The position numbers were made by a program, and so were the translations under genes. From Candidatus Aminicenantes bacterium (GTDB taxonomy: Bacteria > Acidobacteriota > Aminicenantia > Aminicenantales > Saccharicenantaceae), in assembly GCA_963807525.1 (NCBI GenBank), contig CAWECI010000030.1:33673-97672 (forward strand): 64,000 nt of DNA, read 5' to 3'. Every line of letters begins with the position of its first letter. The stretch's first letter is position 1. The notes under the pieces are model-generated. The model was not told the origin of the DNA. It searched no databases and saw nothing but the letters and a program-made list of their open reading frames with translations. Positions 1-9,216 of this stretch are shown in pieces.

Positions 1-1
1 T

Positions 2-2044
2 TCGGGTATCCACAAGACGGTCGACGGAGGCAAGACCTGGACCCCGTTGACGAAGGGCCTTCCCTCGGGAGTCCTCGGCCGGATCGGCTTGTCCGTTTCG
101 CCCAAGGACCCGAAGATCGTCTATGCCGAGATCGAGAACGCCAACAAGCCCGGGATGTCCGCCGAGGATCGCTACAAGGAGGTCCTGGCCGGCAAGTCGA
201 GCGAGGGCATGATCGACGGCGAGATCTACCGGTCCGACGACTCCGGGGCCAGCTGGACGAAGGTCAGCCCCGACAAGCGCTCGATCGGCGGCAACCCGGG
301 TTATTATTACGGACAGATCATCGTCGATCCGAACGACGCCAACCTCGTCTATGTCCTCAGCGTCGGCGTCCTGGCCAGCAGGGACGGCGGCAAGACCTGG
401 ACGTCGCCGTTCCGCTTCGGCGGCGATAACCATGCCCTTTGGATCGATCCCGAGGACAGCCGCCATATGCTTCTCGGATATGATCATGGCCTGGGCCTGA
501 CCTGGGACGGCGGCAAGAACTGGTACCACCCCGATTTCCTGCCGCTGGCCCAGTTCTACGCGATCGATTTCGACACGTCCTATCCGTATCGCGTCGCCGG
601 CGGGCTTCAGGACAACGGCAGCCTGGCGGGCCCGAGTACCAAGGTCGGCGCCGGGGGCGGCTACGGCGCGCGGGCCGCTTCGGGTCCGCCCATCCATCTC
701 GAAGACTGGTTCGCCGTGGGCGGCGGCGACGGCATGTACAACGTCTTCGACCGGGTGACCAACAAGACCCTCTACAACGAATCCCAGTTCGGCCCGCTGA
801 CCCGGGTCGATCTGGTGACCGGCGAGGCCAAGGGCATCGCCTACGGCCGGACCAAGCCGGACACGCGCTGGAACTGGTGTTCGCCGATCCTCGTGTCGGC
901 TCACGCCAACGAGACGATCTATCACTGCGGCAACCTCGTCGTCATGTCCGCCGACCGCGGCGAATCGTGGACCGAGGTCAGCCCCGACCTCACGACCAGC
1001 GATCCGTCCAAGCTCACGGTCGACGGCAAGGGAGGCGACGGCAACATCCAGTACTGCACGATCGCGACGTTCGACGAGTCGCCGCTCCTGCCGGGCGTGC
1101 TCTGGGCCGGCACCGATGACGGCAACGTTTGGGTCACCCGCGACAATGGCAAGGCCTGGGCCAAGCTCAACGACAAGATCACGGGCAACCCCGGGTACTG
1201 GGTCAGCCGGGTCGCCGCGTCGCCTTCGGACCCCGCCACGGCCTATGTCGCTTACACGGGCTTCCGGAACGATGATTTCCGGCCCTTCCTATACAAGACC
1301 GCCGATTATGGCGCCACCTGGACGTCGCTCGCGGCCGGCCTTCCGGAAGGGCCTGTCAACGTCGTGAGGGAAGACCCCAAGAACCCTCAGCTGCTCTTCG
1401 CCGGCACGGACTTCGGGGTCTACGCTTCGCTCGACGGCGGCAAGTCCTGGCTGAAGATGGCCGGCAACTTGCCGACCCAACCGGTCCACGATCTCAAGAT
1501 CCAGCCCCGGGAAAGCGACCTCGTCGTCGCCACCCACGGCCGAGGCATTTTCGTCGCCGACATCAAGCCTCTGGAGGAGCTCAACCCGGCCGTCTTCGCT
1601 CAGGACGCCCATCTGTTCGGCGTGGTCCCCAAGCCACGCTGGATCGGCCAGGACCAGCGGGAATCCAGCAGCTCAAACTTCGAAGGCGAGAGCGAGCCGG
1701 CCGGGCTGGCCATCTCCTACCTGCTGAAGTCCAAGCCGAAAGTCGGCCTCAAGATCCAGATCTACGCGGGCCAGCTTCTCCTGAACGAGGTCACGGCGAC
1801 CTCGAACGTCGGTCTCAACACCGTCACCTGGAACATGATGGGTCGCCGGGAACGGACGGCCGACGAAAAGAAAGCCGCCCAGGAGAGCCAGCGCCGGGCC
1901 CGGGAGATGGGCTACGGCGGGGGAGCCGGCGACGCCAATTTCGCCAACTTCCCGGTCCAGCCGGGCGACTACCGGATCGTCCTGACGGTCGACGGCAAGA
2001 GCCAGGAGACCGTGGGCACGGTGCTCAGGGACCCGCGCTATTAG
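2..2044 (+). CDS. VPS10/sortilin-like BNR (Asp-box) repeat beta-propeller protein, 5' truncated by the window edge
   Basis: Frame is open from base 2 (SGIHKTVDGGKTW). Many Asp-boxes (SDDSGASW, SRDGGKTW, TWDGGKNW, TRDNGKAW, TADYGATW, SLDGGKSW) plus GGLQDNG and ATHGRG motifs. Confidence 0.85.
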   Translation, partial: SGIHKTVDGGKTWTPLTKGLPSGVLGRIGLSVSPKDPKIVYAEIENANKPGMSAEDRYKEVLAGKSSEGMIDGEIYRSDDSGASWTKVSPDKRSIGGNPGYYYGQIIVDPNDANLVYVLSVGVLASRDGGKTWTSPFRFGGDNHALWIDPEDSRHMLLGYDHGLGLTWDGGKNWYHPDFLPLAQFYAIDFDTSYPYRVAGGLQDNGSLAGPSTKVGAGGGYGARAASGPPIHLEDWFAVGGGDGMYNVFDRVTNKTLYNESQFGPLTRVDLVTGEAKGIAYGRTKPDTRWNWCSPILVSAHANETIYHCGNLVVMSADRGESWTEVSPDLTTSDPSKLTVDGKGGDGNIQYCTIATFDESPLLPGVLWAGTDDGNVWVTRDNGKAWAKLNDKITGNPGYWVSRVAASPSDPATAYVAYTGFRNDDFRPFLYKTADYGATWTSLAAGLPEGPVNVVREDPKNPQLLFAGTDFGVYASLDGGKSWLKMAGNLPTQPVHDLKIQPRESDLVVATHGRGIFVADIKPLEELNPAVFAQDAHLFGVVPKPRWIGQDQRESSSSNFEGESEPAGLAISYLLKSKPKVGLKIQIYAGQLLLNEVTATSNVGLNTVTWNMMGRRERTADEKKAAQESQRRAREMGYGGGAGDANFANFPVQPGDYRIVLTVDGKSQETVGTVLRDPRY

Positions 2045-2104
2045 GCCGGGCCCGGCTTTCATTCGAGATCGGATTCTGCTAGGCTAAGCCCGGGAGGTGG
2101 GCTC

Positions 2105-3181
2105 ATGGCCTATACGATCCGCGACATCCTGGACCGCGCCGACCGTTTCCCCCATGTCGATATCATCCACCGGCCGACGCCCTTCCGCAAGCTCGACCGG
2201 CTGTCCGCACGCCTCGGCGGGCCGGAGATCTACGTCAAAAGGGACGATCTGACGGGCCTGGCCTTCGGGGGCAACAAATCGCGCAAGCTCGAATTCATCG
2301 TCGGCGATATCCTGGATAAGAAGGCCGACGTCGTGGTCACCTGGGGCAGCCTCCAATCCAACTGGTGCATGCAGACGGCGGCCGCGGCCCGGACCTTCGG
2401 GATCAAGCCCGTACTCGTCCTCTTCAAGCCGGCGGAGACGGCCGCCACGGCCGACGGCAACGTCCTGCTGGATGTCCTTCTCGACGCCGACCTGCGCATC
2501 GTGCCGGCCGAGAAGGGGAGGACGGTCAAGGCCACGCAGGCCATGGACGTCCTGGAAGGTGTGGGGAAGGAGGTCCGGGGCCAGGGCCACAAGCCCTACC
2601 TGGTGCCGGTCGGCGGATCGCTCGTCCGCGGCGACATGAACAAGCCTCTCGGCGCGGTCGGCTACGTTGTGGCCTTCGCCGAGCTCTTGGAGCAGACCCA
2701 GGGCGCCGGCTTCGAGCCGAACTATGTCGTCCATGCCACAGGGTCGGGCGGCACGCAGGCCGGACTGGTCGTCGGGGCCAAAGCGATGAGCCCGGGCTGC
2801 CGGATAATCGGCATCAGCGTCTCGGACCCCAAGGGGCCGTTCGCGGACGACGTGCTGGAGATCGGCCGGGCCACGGACGAGGCGTTCGGCCTGGGGCTCG
2901 ATATCATGCCAGACGATATCTTTGTCTTCGACGAATACCTCGGGGCGGGCTACGGCATCGTCGACAAGGCGGTAGCCGAGACGATCCGCCTGGTCTTCCA
3001 GACGGAGGGGATCGTTCTCGATCCGGTCTATACGGCCAAGGCCATGATCGGGCTCCGGGACCTCATCAAGACGGGTTTCTTCAATCCTAAGGACAAAGTC
3101 GTTTTTATCCATACCGGCGGCACGCCGGCCCTGTTCCCGAACCGCGAAAAGATATTCGATTTCCTGGTGAAGAAGGACTAA
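2105..3181 (+). CDS. D-cysteine desulfhydrase / ACC deaminase family PLP enzyme
   Basis: KRDDLTGLAFGGNKSRKLEF, SLQSN, TGSGGTQAG, LDPVYTAKA, IHTGG motifs; GGAGG RBS. Confidence 0.9.
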   Translation: MAYTIRDILDRADRFPHVDIIHRPTPFRKLDRLSARLGGPEIYVKRDDLTGLAFGGNKSRKLEFIVGDILDKKADVVVTWGSLQSNWCMQTAAAARTFGIKPVLVLFKPAETAATADGNVLLDVLLDADLRIVPAEKGRTVKATQAMDVLEGVGKEVRGQGHKPYLVPVGGSLVRGDMNKPLGAVGYVVAFAELLEQTQGAGFEPNYVVHATGSGGTQAGLVVGAKAMSPGCRIIGISVSDPKGPFADDVLEIGRATDEAFGLGLDIMPDDIFVFDEYLGAGYGIVDKAVAETIRLVFQTEGIVLDPVYTAKAMIGLRDLIKTGFFNPKDKVVFIHTGGTPALFPNREKIFDFLVKKD

Positions 3182-4398
3182 ACGGGGCGGCGGACGAGGG
3201 TTGCCAGGCCGGCCTCGAGATCGTCGAGCGGCCAGCTGTGGACCTCGACGGGATCTGACGCGAGCAGGTGGAGCGTCTTGAGGCCGGTTCCGGTCAGAAC
3301 GCAGACGACCGGGTCCTCTGCCGACGCCACGCGGCCGGAGGCGACCAGCTTCTTCAGGGCGGCCAGCGTGGTGGCCGATTCGGGCTGGCAGAACAGCCCC
3401 TCGGACGAGGCCAGCTCCCGCTGAGCCTCGAGCATCTCCCGGTCGGAGACCGCCAGGATGAGCCCGTCGCGCTCGCGGATCAAGCGCAGGACCGCGTTCC
3501 CGGCCGGAGGCGTCGGGTTGGCGATGGCGTGGGCGATCGTCCGGCCTTCCGCGATGTGCTCGTATTTCGGCAGGCCCTTGTCGAAGGCGCGGGCGAGCGG
3601 CGCGCACTCTTCGGCCTGGACCCCGACGATCTGCGGATAGGCGGGGATCAGGCCCTCCCGCTCGAGGTCCGCAAAACCCCGCATGAGCCCGAGCAGGTGG
3701 CCGCCCGAGCTCAGCGGCACGAGGACGGTCCTGGGCGCGCGGCGGCCCAGACCCAGGTAGATCTCGAAGGCCGTGAGTTTGTAACCTTCCAGGCGGTAGG
3801 GATCGATCGAGTTCATGAACAGGATCCCGAGCTTTTTCCCGATCCTCAAGCTGGCGCTGAACACGGCGCCGTAATCGCCTTCCACAGCGACCAGCCGGGG
3901 CCCGAAGATGCCGGCCGTTTGCAGGCTCGTCGCCGAGGTCCCTTCCTTGAGCAGGACGAATGTCTCGAGCCCGGCCCGGGCGCCGTAGGCCGCGGTCGAA
4001 GCGGCCATGTTGCCGGTCGAGACCGTGCCGATCCGCCGGGCCCCGAGCTCCGCCGCCTTTTGGACCGCCACGGCCGTGCCCCGGTCCTTGAAGCTGCCGG
4101 TCGGGTTCTGGGCCTCGTTCTTGGCGTAGAGGCCGCGGAGACCCATCGCGCGGCCGACCCGGTCCAGCCTGACGAAGGGCGTCCGGCCTTCGCCCAGGCT
4201 CAGGGCCGGATCGATCTTCGCGAGCGGCAGGAACGCGGCGAACCTTTCGAGCGCCAGGGTTCCTTCGTCACGGATGGACCGGCGTCCGGGCGGCGCCGTC
4301 GGGGCGACGAACAGAGGCTCGCCGCAGCCGGGACAGAACGGGGAGTAGAGGTCGCGCGAATCGAGCGTGCCGCAGGACAGGCATTCAAAACGGTCCAT
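3178..4398 (-). CDS. thrC: Threonine synthase with N-terminal zinc ribbon
   Basis: LGEGRTP, NPTGSFKDRG (PLP lysine), STGNMAAS; CxxC..CPxC N-terminus. Start moved to ATG 4398, which follows an AAGGAG RBS. Confidence 0.85.
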   Translation of the reverse strand: MDRFECLSCGTLDSRDLYSPFCPGCGEPLFVAPTAPPGRRSIRDEGTLALERFAAFLPLAKIDPALSLGEGRTPFVRLDRVGRAMGLRGLYAKNEAQNPTGSFKDRGTAVAVQKAAELGARRIGTVSTGNMAASTAAYGARAGLETFVLLKEGTSATSLQTAGIFGPRLVAVEGDYGAVFSASLRIGKKLGILFMNSIDPYRLEGYKLTAFEIYLGLGRRAPRTVLVPLSSGGHLLGLMRGFADLEREGLIPAYPQIVGVQAEECAPLARAFDKGLPKYEHIAEGRTIAHAIANPTPPAGNAVLRLIRERDGLILAVSDREMLEAQRELASSEGLFCQPESATTLAALKKLVASGRVASAEDPVVCVLTGTGLKTLHLLASDPVEVHSWPLDDLEAGLATLVRRPV

Positions 4399-4518
4399 GA
4401 CGTGCTCCTTCCTTTGAGAACGGAGATTATAATCCGAAAACGCCGGCCGGGCCATCCGTTTCCTCGCAGCCCGGGGGCGATTGCGCCCGGATCCCCGCGG
4501 GAGTAGAATCATGCGGCC

Positions 4519-4980
4519 ATGGACGACCCGGGCTTCATGAAAGTCGCGCTGGCCGAGGCCGCCAAAGCCGCGGCCCGGGGCGAGGTGCCCGTCGGCGCAG
4601 TCCTGGTGAAGGACGGGCGCGTCATCGCCCGCGGCTCCAACCGGCCGATCGGCGCGCATGACCCCACGGCCCACGCCGAGATCGTGGCCCTCCGGAGAGC
4701 GGCCAAACGGCTGGGCAATTATCGCCTGACCGGGGTCGATCTTTACGTCACCGTCGAGCCCTGCGCCATGTGTCTGGGAGCCGCGGTCCAGGCCCGCCTC
4801 CGCCGGATCGTCTTCGGCGCGCCGGACCCGAAGGCCGGAGCGGTCTCGTCGACGATGACGTTCCCCTTCGAGCGCCTCAATCATCGGCCGAAGATCGCGG
4901 GCGGCGTCCTGGCCCGCGAGAGCGCCGAGGTCCTGCGGACCTTCTTCAGGCGGCGTCGGGCGGAGCGTGGAAACAAATGA
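4519..4980 (+). CDS. tadA: tRNA adenosine(34) deaminase
   Basis: GEVPVGA, DPTAHAE, EPCAMC, DPKAGA, FFRRRR motifs. Confidence 0.95.
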   Translation: MDDPGFMKVALAEAAKAAARGEVPVGAVLVKDGRVIARGSNRPIGAHDPTAHAEIVALRRAAKRLGNYRLTGVDLYVTVEPCAMCLGAAVQARLRRIVFGAPDPKAGAVSSTMTFPFERLNHRPKIAGGVLARESAEVLRTFFRRRRAERGNK

Positions 4981-4996
4981 TGATTTCGGCTATAAT
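4968..4996 (+). promoter_or_regulatory. Putative sigma70 promoter for tRNA-Ser(CGA)
   Basis: TGGAAA-17 nt-TATAAT about 30 nt upstream of the tRNA. Confidence 0.55.
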
Positions 4997-5025
4997 GCGG
5001 CTTCCGTTTCGCGTCCCCGTATTGC

Positions 5026-5117
5026 GGAGAGGTGGCCGAGTGGTTGAAGGCGACGGTCTCGAAAACCGTTATCTCGAGCAATTGGGATCGCGGGTTCGAA
5101 TCCCGCCCTCTCCGCCA
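5026..5117 (+). tRNA. tRNA-Ser(CGA)
   Basis: GGAGAGG/CCTCTCC-G-CCA acceptor, anticodon arm ACGGT-CT-CGA-AA-ACCGT, long variable arm, GGTTCGAATCC T-loop. Confidence 0.97.
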
Positions 5118-5131
5118 TGGTCCCTTCATCG

Positions 5132-6166
5132 ATGAAGCGCATCCCCCTGGTCGTGACCGGCTTCGGCCACGTCGGCCGGGCCTTTATCTCCCTGCTCCGC
5201 GAAAAGACGTCCGATCTTGATCGCCGCTACGGCTTGGGCTTCGAGATCCTGGCCGTGGCCCGGGCCGGAGGCTGTTTTCACACCGGCGGACCTCTCGACG
5301 TCCGCCAGCTTTCGCGGTCTGGTGACGTCTGGACGGCCGGCAACCCGGCCTGGCACGAGGGCTCGAGGATCGACGAGGTCCTCCGCGGTCTCGGCCGGGG
5401 CGGCTGCCTGGTCGAGTGCACGCTTTCGAATCTCGAATCCGGCGAGCCCGGCCTGTCCTATATCACGACGGCCTTCCGGGCCGGCTGGCACGCCGTTGCG
5501 GCCAGCAAGGGTGCCCTGGTCGTAGGTCTGCCCGCCCTCAGGGCGCTGGCGGGGGAGAACGGCGTGTCCCTCAAGTTCAGCGGAGCCACGGCCGCCGCCC
5601 TGCCGACGCTTGACGTCGGCCTGGTCTCCCTGGCCGGAACGCGGATCGAGGGCATCCAGGGGATCCTCAACGGGACCTCGAACTACATCCTGACGCGCAT
5701 GGGCGAGGGCCTGGACTACGCCGAGGCCCTCAAAGAGGCCCAGGACAGGGGCATCGCCGAGCCCGATCCGGCCCACGACGTCGACGGTTGGGACAGCGCC
5801 TGCAAGATCCTGCTCATCACCAACGCCTGTCTCGATACGGAATACGTCCTCAAGGACGTTCATGTCGCGGGCATCTCGGGCCTGGATATCGAGTTCGTGC
5901 GGTCGGCCCGCCGGGAAGGCCGGTCCGTCAAGCTCCTGGCCACCGCGGCGCCCGGGCGGCAGGGGGGACGCTGGAGCCTGGACGTCCGGCCCTCGCTGAT
6001 CGACGCGTCGCATCCGCTCGTCCACGTCAACGGCACGGAGAAGGGCATCACGTTCCTAACCGATTCCATGGGCTCCGTGACCGTGACCGGCGGCCGGTCC
6101 AGTCCCCGCGGCGCCGCCGCGGCCCTCCTCAAGGACATCGTCAACATCTACCGCCCCCCGTTCTGA
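5132..6166 (+). CDS. hom: Homoserine dehydrogenase (short form, no ACT domain)
   Basis: GFGHVG Rossmann motif, ASKG, GILNGTSNYIL, GIAEPDPAHDVDGWD. Confidence 0.88.
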   Translation: MKRIPLVVTGFGHVGRAFISLLREKTSDLDRRYGLGFEILAVARAGGCFHTGGPLDVRQLSRSGDVWTAGNPAWHEGSRIDEVLRGLGRGGCLVECTLSNLESGEPGLSYITTAFRAGWHAVAASKGALVVGLPALRALAGENGVSLKFSGATAAALPTLDVGLVSLAGTRIEGIQGILNGTSNYILTRMGEGLDYAEALKEAQDRGIAEPDPAHDVDGWDSACKILLITNACLDTEYVLKDVHVAGISGLDIEFVRSARREGRSVKLLATAAPGRQGGRWSLDVRPSLIDASHPLVHVNGTEKGITFLTDSMGSVTVTGGRSSPRGAAAALLKDIVNIYRPPF

Positions 6167-6267
6167 TCTTCCGCTCTTCCGATCCTGGCCGGCCTCGCAC
6201 GTCCCCGTCTCCGCTTCTATTCGGAGAATTTGCACGGATCGTGACCGCGACTTGGATCTCATGTCCA

Positions 6268-6433
6268 AGGCCGCGGATGAGGGGGTCGAGGGGTATCATC
6301 GGAGGGAACATAAAGCGGTGATTTAGGCTTCATCGGGAGTGAGACGCGGCGTCTTTAACCCGGCTCACGAGCGGGAAGCCGTGAAGAATCACCGCAGTGA
6401 ACGGAGATGATCCCCGAGAGCCCGCCGCGGCCT
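6268..6433 (+). repeat. Structured rod-like intergenic element, copy 1 (candidate ncRNA or structured mobile repeat)
   Basis: Nested inverted repeats. The 131-nt core aligns without gaps to 42633-42763 (115/131 identical by manual count), with compensatory changes. Confidence 0.85.
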
Positions 6434-6494
6434 CAGGGCCCAGGATGGTTCTTGAGTGTCCCGGAATCGCCCGAAGGGCGAGGGGGGATGTGCG

Positions 6495-6523
6495 TTGACC
6501 AAATGGCTCTTTTTTGGTAACGT
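6495..6523 (+). promoter_or_regulatory. Putative sigma70 promoter for tRNA-Ser(GGA)-rocD
   Basis: TTGACC-17 nt-TAACGT with extended -10 TG. Confidence 0.55.
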
Positions 6524-6563
6524 TAGCATCTCCATTCGATTCCGTCAGTCCGGCCTTAGGAAC

Positions 6564-6655
<92 letters not shown>

Positions 6656-6683
6656 TCGAACGTCGGCCTAAAAGGAGCGTCTC

Positions 6684-7889
6684 ATGGACAGCAAAGACCT
6701 GATCCTCGTTGAAGATCTCTACGGCGCCCATAATTACCATCCCCTCGATGTCGTCGTCTGCAAGGCCCAGGGCATCTGGATGGTCGACGTCGAGGGCCGG
6801 AAGTATCTCGATTTCCTGAGCGCCTATTCGGCGGTCAATCAGGGCCATCGGCATCCCCGCATCGTCAAGGCCCTGATCGATCAGGCCCGCAAGCTGACCT
6901 TGACCTCGCGGGCCTTCCGCAACGACCAGTGGCCCCTGCTCGCCAAGGAGATCTGCGACCTGACCGGCTACTCCATGGTCCTGCCGATGAACTCCGGCGC
7001 CGAGGCCGTGGAAACGGCCGTCAAGACGGCCCGCAAGTGGGCCTATCAGAAGAAGGGCGTGCCCCAGGACAAGGCCGAGATCATCTGCTGTGCCAACAAC
7101 TTCCACGGCCGCACGGTCACGGTCATCAGCTTCTCGACCGAGCCCCTCTACCGGCAGGATTTCGGTCCCTTCACCCCCGGCTTCCCGATCATCCCCTTCG
7201 GCGACGCGGACGCGCTCGAGAAGGCGATCACCCCGAATACCGCGGCCTTCCTGGTCGAGCCCATTCAGGCCGAGGCCGGCATCCTCATTCCGTCCGACGG
7301 CTTCCTGAAGCGGGCCGCCGAGATCTGCAAGAAGAACAACGTCCTGCTCATCGCCGACGAGATCCAGACCGGCCTGGGCCGGACCGGCAAGCTCTTCGCC
7401 TCCGAACATGAGGGCGTTCGTCCGGACATGGTCATCGTCGGGAAGTCCCTGGGCGGCGGCTGTTATCCCATTTCGGCGGTCCTCGCGGACCGGGAGATCC
7501 TGGGCGTCTTCAAGCCCGGCGAACACGGCTCGACCTTCGGGGGCAACCCGCTGGCCTGCGCCGTGGCCCGGGAGAGCCTGCGGGTCACTCAGGAAGAGGG
7601 CCTCGTGGCCAACGCCGCCGCCCGCGGCGCCTATTTCATGGACAAGCTGCGCAAGGTCCGCAGCCGTCACATCAAGGAAGTCCGGGGCCGGGGCCTTCTC
7701 ATCGGCATCGAGCTTTATCCGGCCGCCGGCGGGGCGCGCCGTTTCTGCGAAGAGATGATGAAGGAAGGGCTGCTGTGCAAGGAGACGCACGAGAACGTCA
7801 TCCGCTTCGCGCCGCCCCTCATCATCCGGGACAAGGACCTCAACTGGGCCCTCAAGCGCATCAAGACCGTCTTTAAGCGGCTGGCCTGA
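6684..7889 (+). CDS. rocD: Ornithine--oxo-acid aminotransferase
   Basis: GAHNYHPL, LSAYSAVNQGH, LTLTSRAF, DEIQTGLGRTG, HGSTFGGNPLA; AAGGAG RBS. Confidence 0.95.
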   Translation: MDSKDLILVEDLYGAHNYHPLDVVVCKAQGIWMVDVEGRKYLDFLSAYSAVNQGHRHPRIVKALIDQARKLTLTSRAFRNDQWPLLAKEICDLTGYSMVLPMNSGAEAVETAVKTARKWAYQKKGVPQDKAEIICCANNFHGRTVTVISFSTEPLYRQDFGPFTPGFPIIPFGDADALEKAITPNTAAFLVEPIQAEAGILIPSDGFLKRAAEICKKNNVLLIADEIQTGLGRTGKLFASEHEGVRPDMVIVGKSLGGGCYPISAVLADREILGVFKPGEHGSTFGGNPLACAVARESLRVTQEEGLVANAAARGAYFMDKLRKVRSRHIKEVRGRGLLIGIELYPAAGGARRFCEEMMKEGLLCKETHENVIRFAPPLIIRDKDLNWALKRIKTVFKRLA

Positions 7890-7970
7890 GCGTGACGGCC
7901 CGGTGACGGATGTCCCTTTTTCAGGACGGGCATCCGCCCGGCAGGCCTGGCCCTGCGACTAAAGCTTGCC

Positions 7971-7986
7971 TGGCATGCTATTTGCA
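7971..7986 (+). promoter_or_regulatory. Sigma54-type -24/-12 promoter
   Basis: TGGCATGCTATTTGCA has exact GG-N10-GC spacing, 25 nt upstream of ATG 8011. Confidence 0.7.
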
Positions 7987-8010
7987 TTTCCGAGGTTCAG
8001 GAGGATGAAG

Positions 8011-9216
8011 ATGAAGAAACCCGTCGCCTTCGCGTTCCTGGCTATCCTGCTGGTCCTGGCGGGCAGTTCCTGCATCCGATACTACGGCCCCTACGGCGAA
8101 CCCGGGGCCGCCGTCGAGCCGCCCCCGCCCCCCCCGAACGAGCCGGCCTACCACAACGGCAATAACGACCTCGATAACACGTATTTTTATAACGAACTCG
8201 AGCCGTATGGGATCTGGGTCTCGTACCGGCCCTACGGTTATGTTTGGGTCCCCCGGAATGTGGGATACAGCTGGCGCCCTTACGCAAGCGGCCACTGGGC
8301 TTGGACAGATTATGGCTGGACCTGGGTCTCGCTCGAGCGCTGGGGCTGGATCGCTTTCCATTACGGCCGCTGGGGATTCGACCAGGCCTTGGGCTGGTTC
8401 TGGGTGCCTGACATCGTCTGGGGCCCGGCCTGGGTGGCCTGGCGCTGGGGCGACGCCCATATCGGCTGGGCCCCTCTGCCGCCCGGCATCGATTACGTCC
8501 CCGGTCGCGGCTTCGGCCGCCGCGACTGGCAGATCCCCGGCCATTTCTGGAATTTCGTCCGCGGCCGGGATTTCATGGACCATCAGATCGACCGCTGGAT
8601 CCTGCCGTCCGAGCGGAACATCACGATCATCAACATGACCAGGTTCGAGGTCAATATCGATGAGCGCGACCGGCACGTCTTCAACGGCGGCGTCGACACC
8701 AATACGATCGAGCGCTGGGCCGGCCAGCCCGTCCACAGGTACAGTCTCAAGGATGCCGGTCGTCCGGGCCCGGCCCGCGAGGAAGGGTCCGATCTGGTCA
8801 TGTCCCGGCCGGTCATCAAGCGCAATGAAGCGGCCCGGCCTAAGCAGGTCGTCGATCAGAACGCGGCCGAGCGCGAGCTCAACACCGAGACCGGGAACCG
8901 CATCTATCGACCGGCCGCCGGGAACGAGGCGGAGGTCGTCCGCCGGGCCCACGCGCAGGAACTGACCCTGATGAAGGAGAGTCAGCAGACCGAGATCAAC
9001 GAGGTCCAGCGGAAGGCCAAAGAAGACACGGCCCGGGTCCAGAATCCGGTCGATAAGAGGAAGTTCGCCGATCAGGCCGCCGCCCGGGTCGAAGAGCTGA
9101 AGAAGAAGCACGCCCAGGAAAAGGCCGATCTCGAGAAGAGACAAAAGGCCGAGCAGGACAAGGCCAAGCAGGCCCCGGTCCGACGCAAGGTCCAACCCGA
9201 TAAGGAAAAAAGCTAG
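8011..9216 (+). CDS. Lipoprotein with Trp/Gly-rich domain (DUF6600-like) and charged coiled-coil tail
   Basis: Lipobox-like AGSSC; repeated WRPY/GWTW/FHYGRW/WGPAWVAW/IGWAPLPP motifs; AGGAGG RBS before ATG 8011. Confidence 0.75.
   Translation: MKKPVAFAFLAILLVLAGSSCIRYYGPYGEPGAAVEPPPPPPNEPAYHNGNNDLDNTYFYNELEPYGIWVSYRPYGYVWVPRNVGYSWRPYASGHWAWTDYGWTWVSLERWGWIAFHYGRWGFDQALGWFWVPDIVWGPAWVAWRWGDAHIGWAPLPPGIDYVPGRGFGRRDWQIPGHFWNFVRGRDFMDHQIDRWILPSERNITIINMTRFEVNIDERDRHVFNGGVDTNTIERWAGQPVHRYSLKDAGRPGPAREEGSDLVMSRPVIKRNEAARPKQVVDQNAAERELNTETGNRIYRPAAGNEAEVVRRAHAQELTLMKESQQTEINEVQRKAKEDTARVQNPVDKRKFADQAAARVEELKKKHAQEKADLEKRQKAEQDKAKQAPVRRKVQPDKEKS

Noticed and set aside
4399-4884. N-terminal extensions of thrC (and of pepP 33025-34410 and thpR 56327-56629) in the ORF track
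   Set aside because: They overlap real genes on other frames or strands; internal ATGs with RBS or family-typical N-termini are better starts
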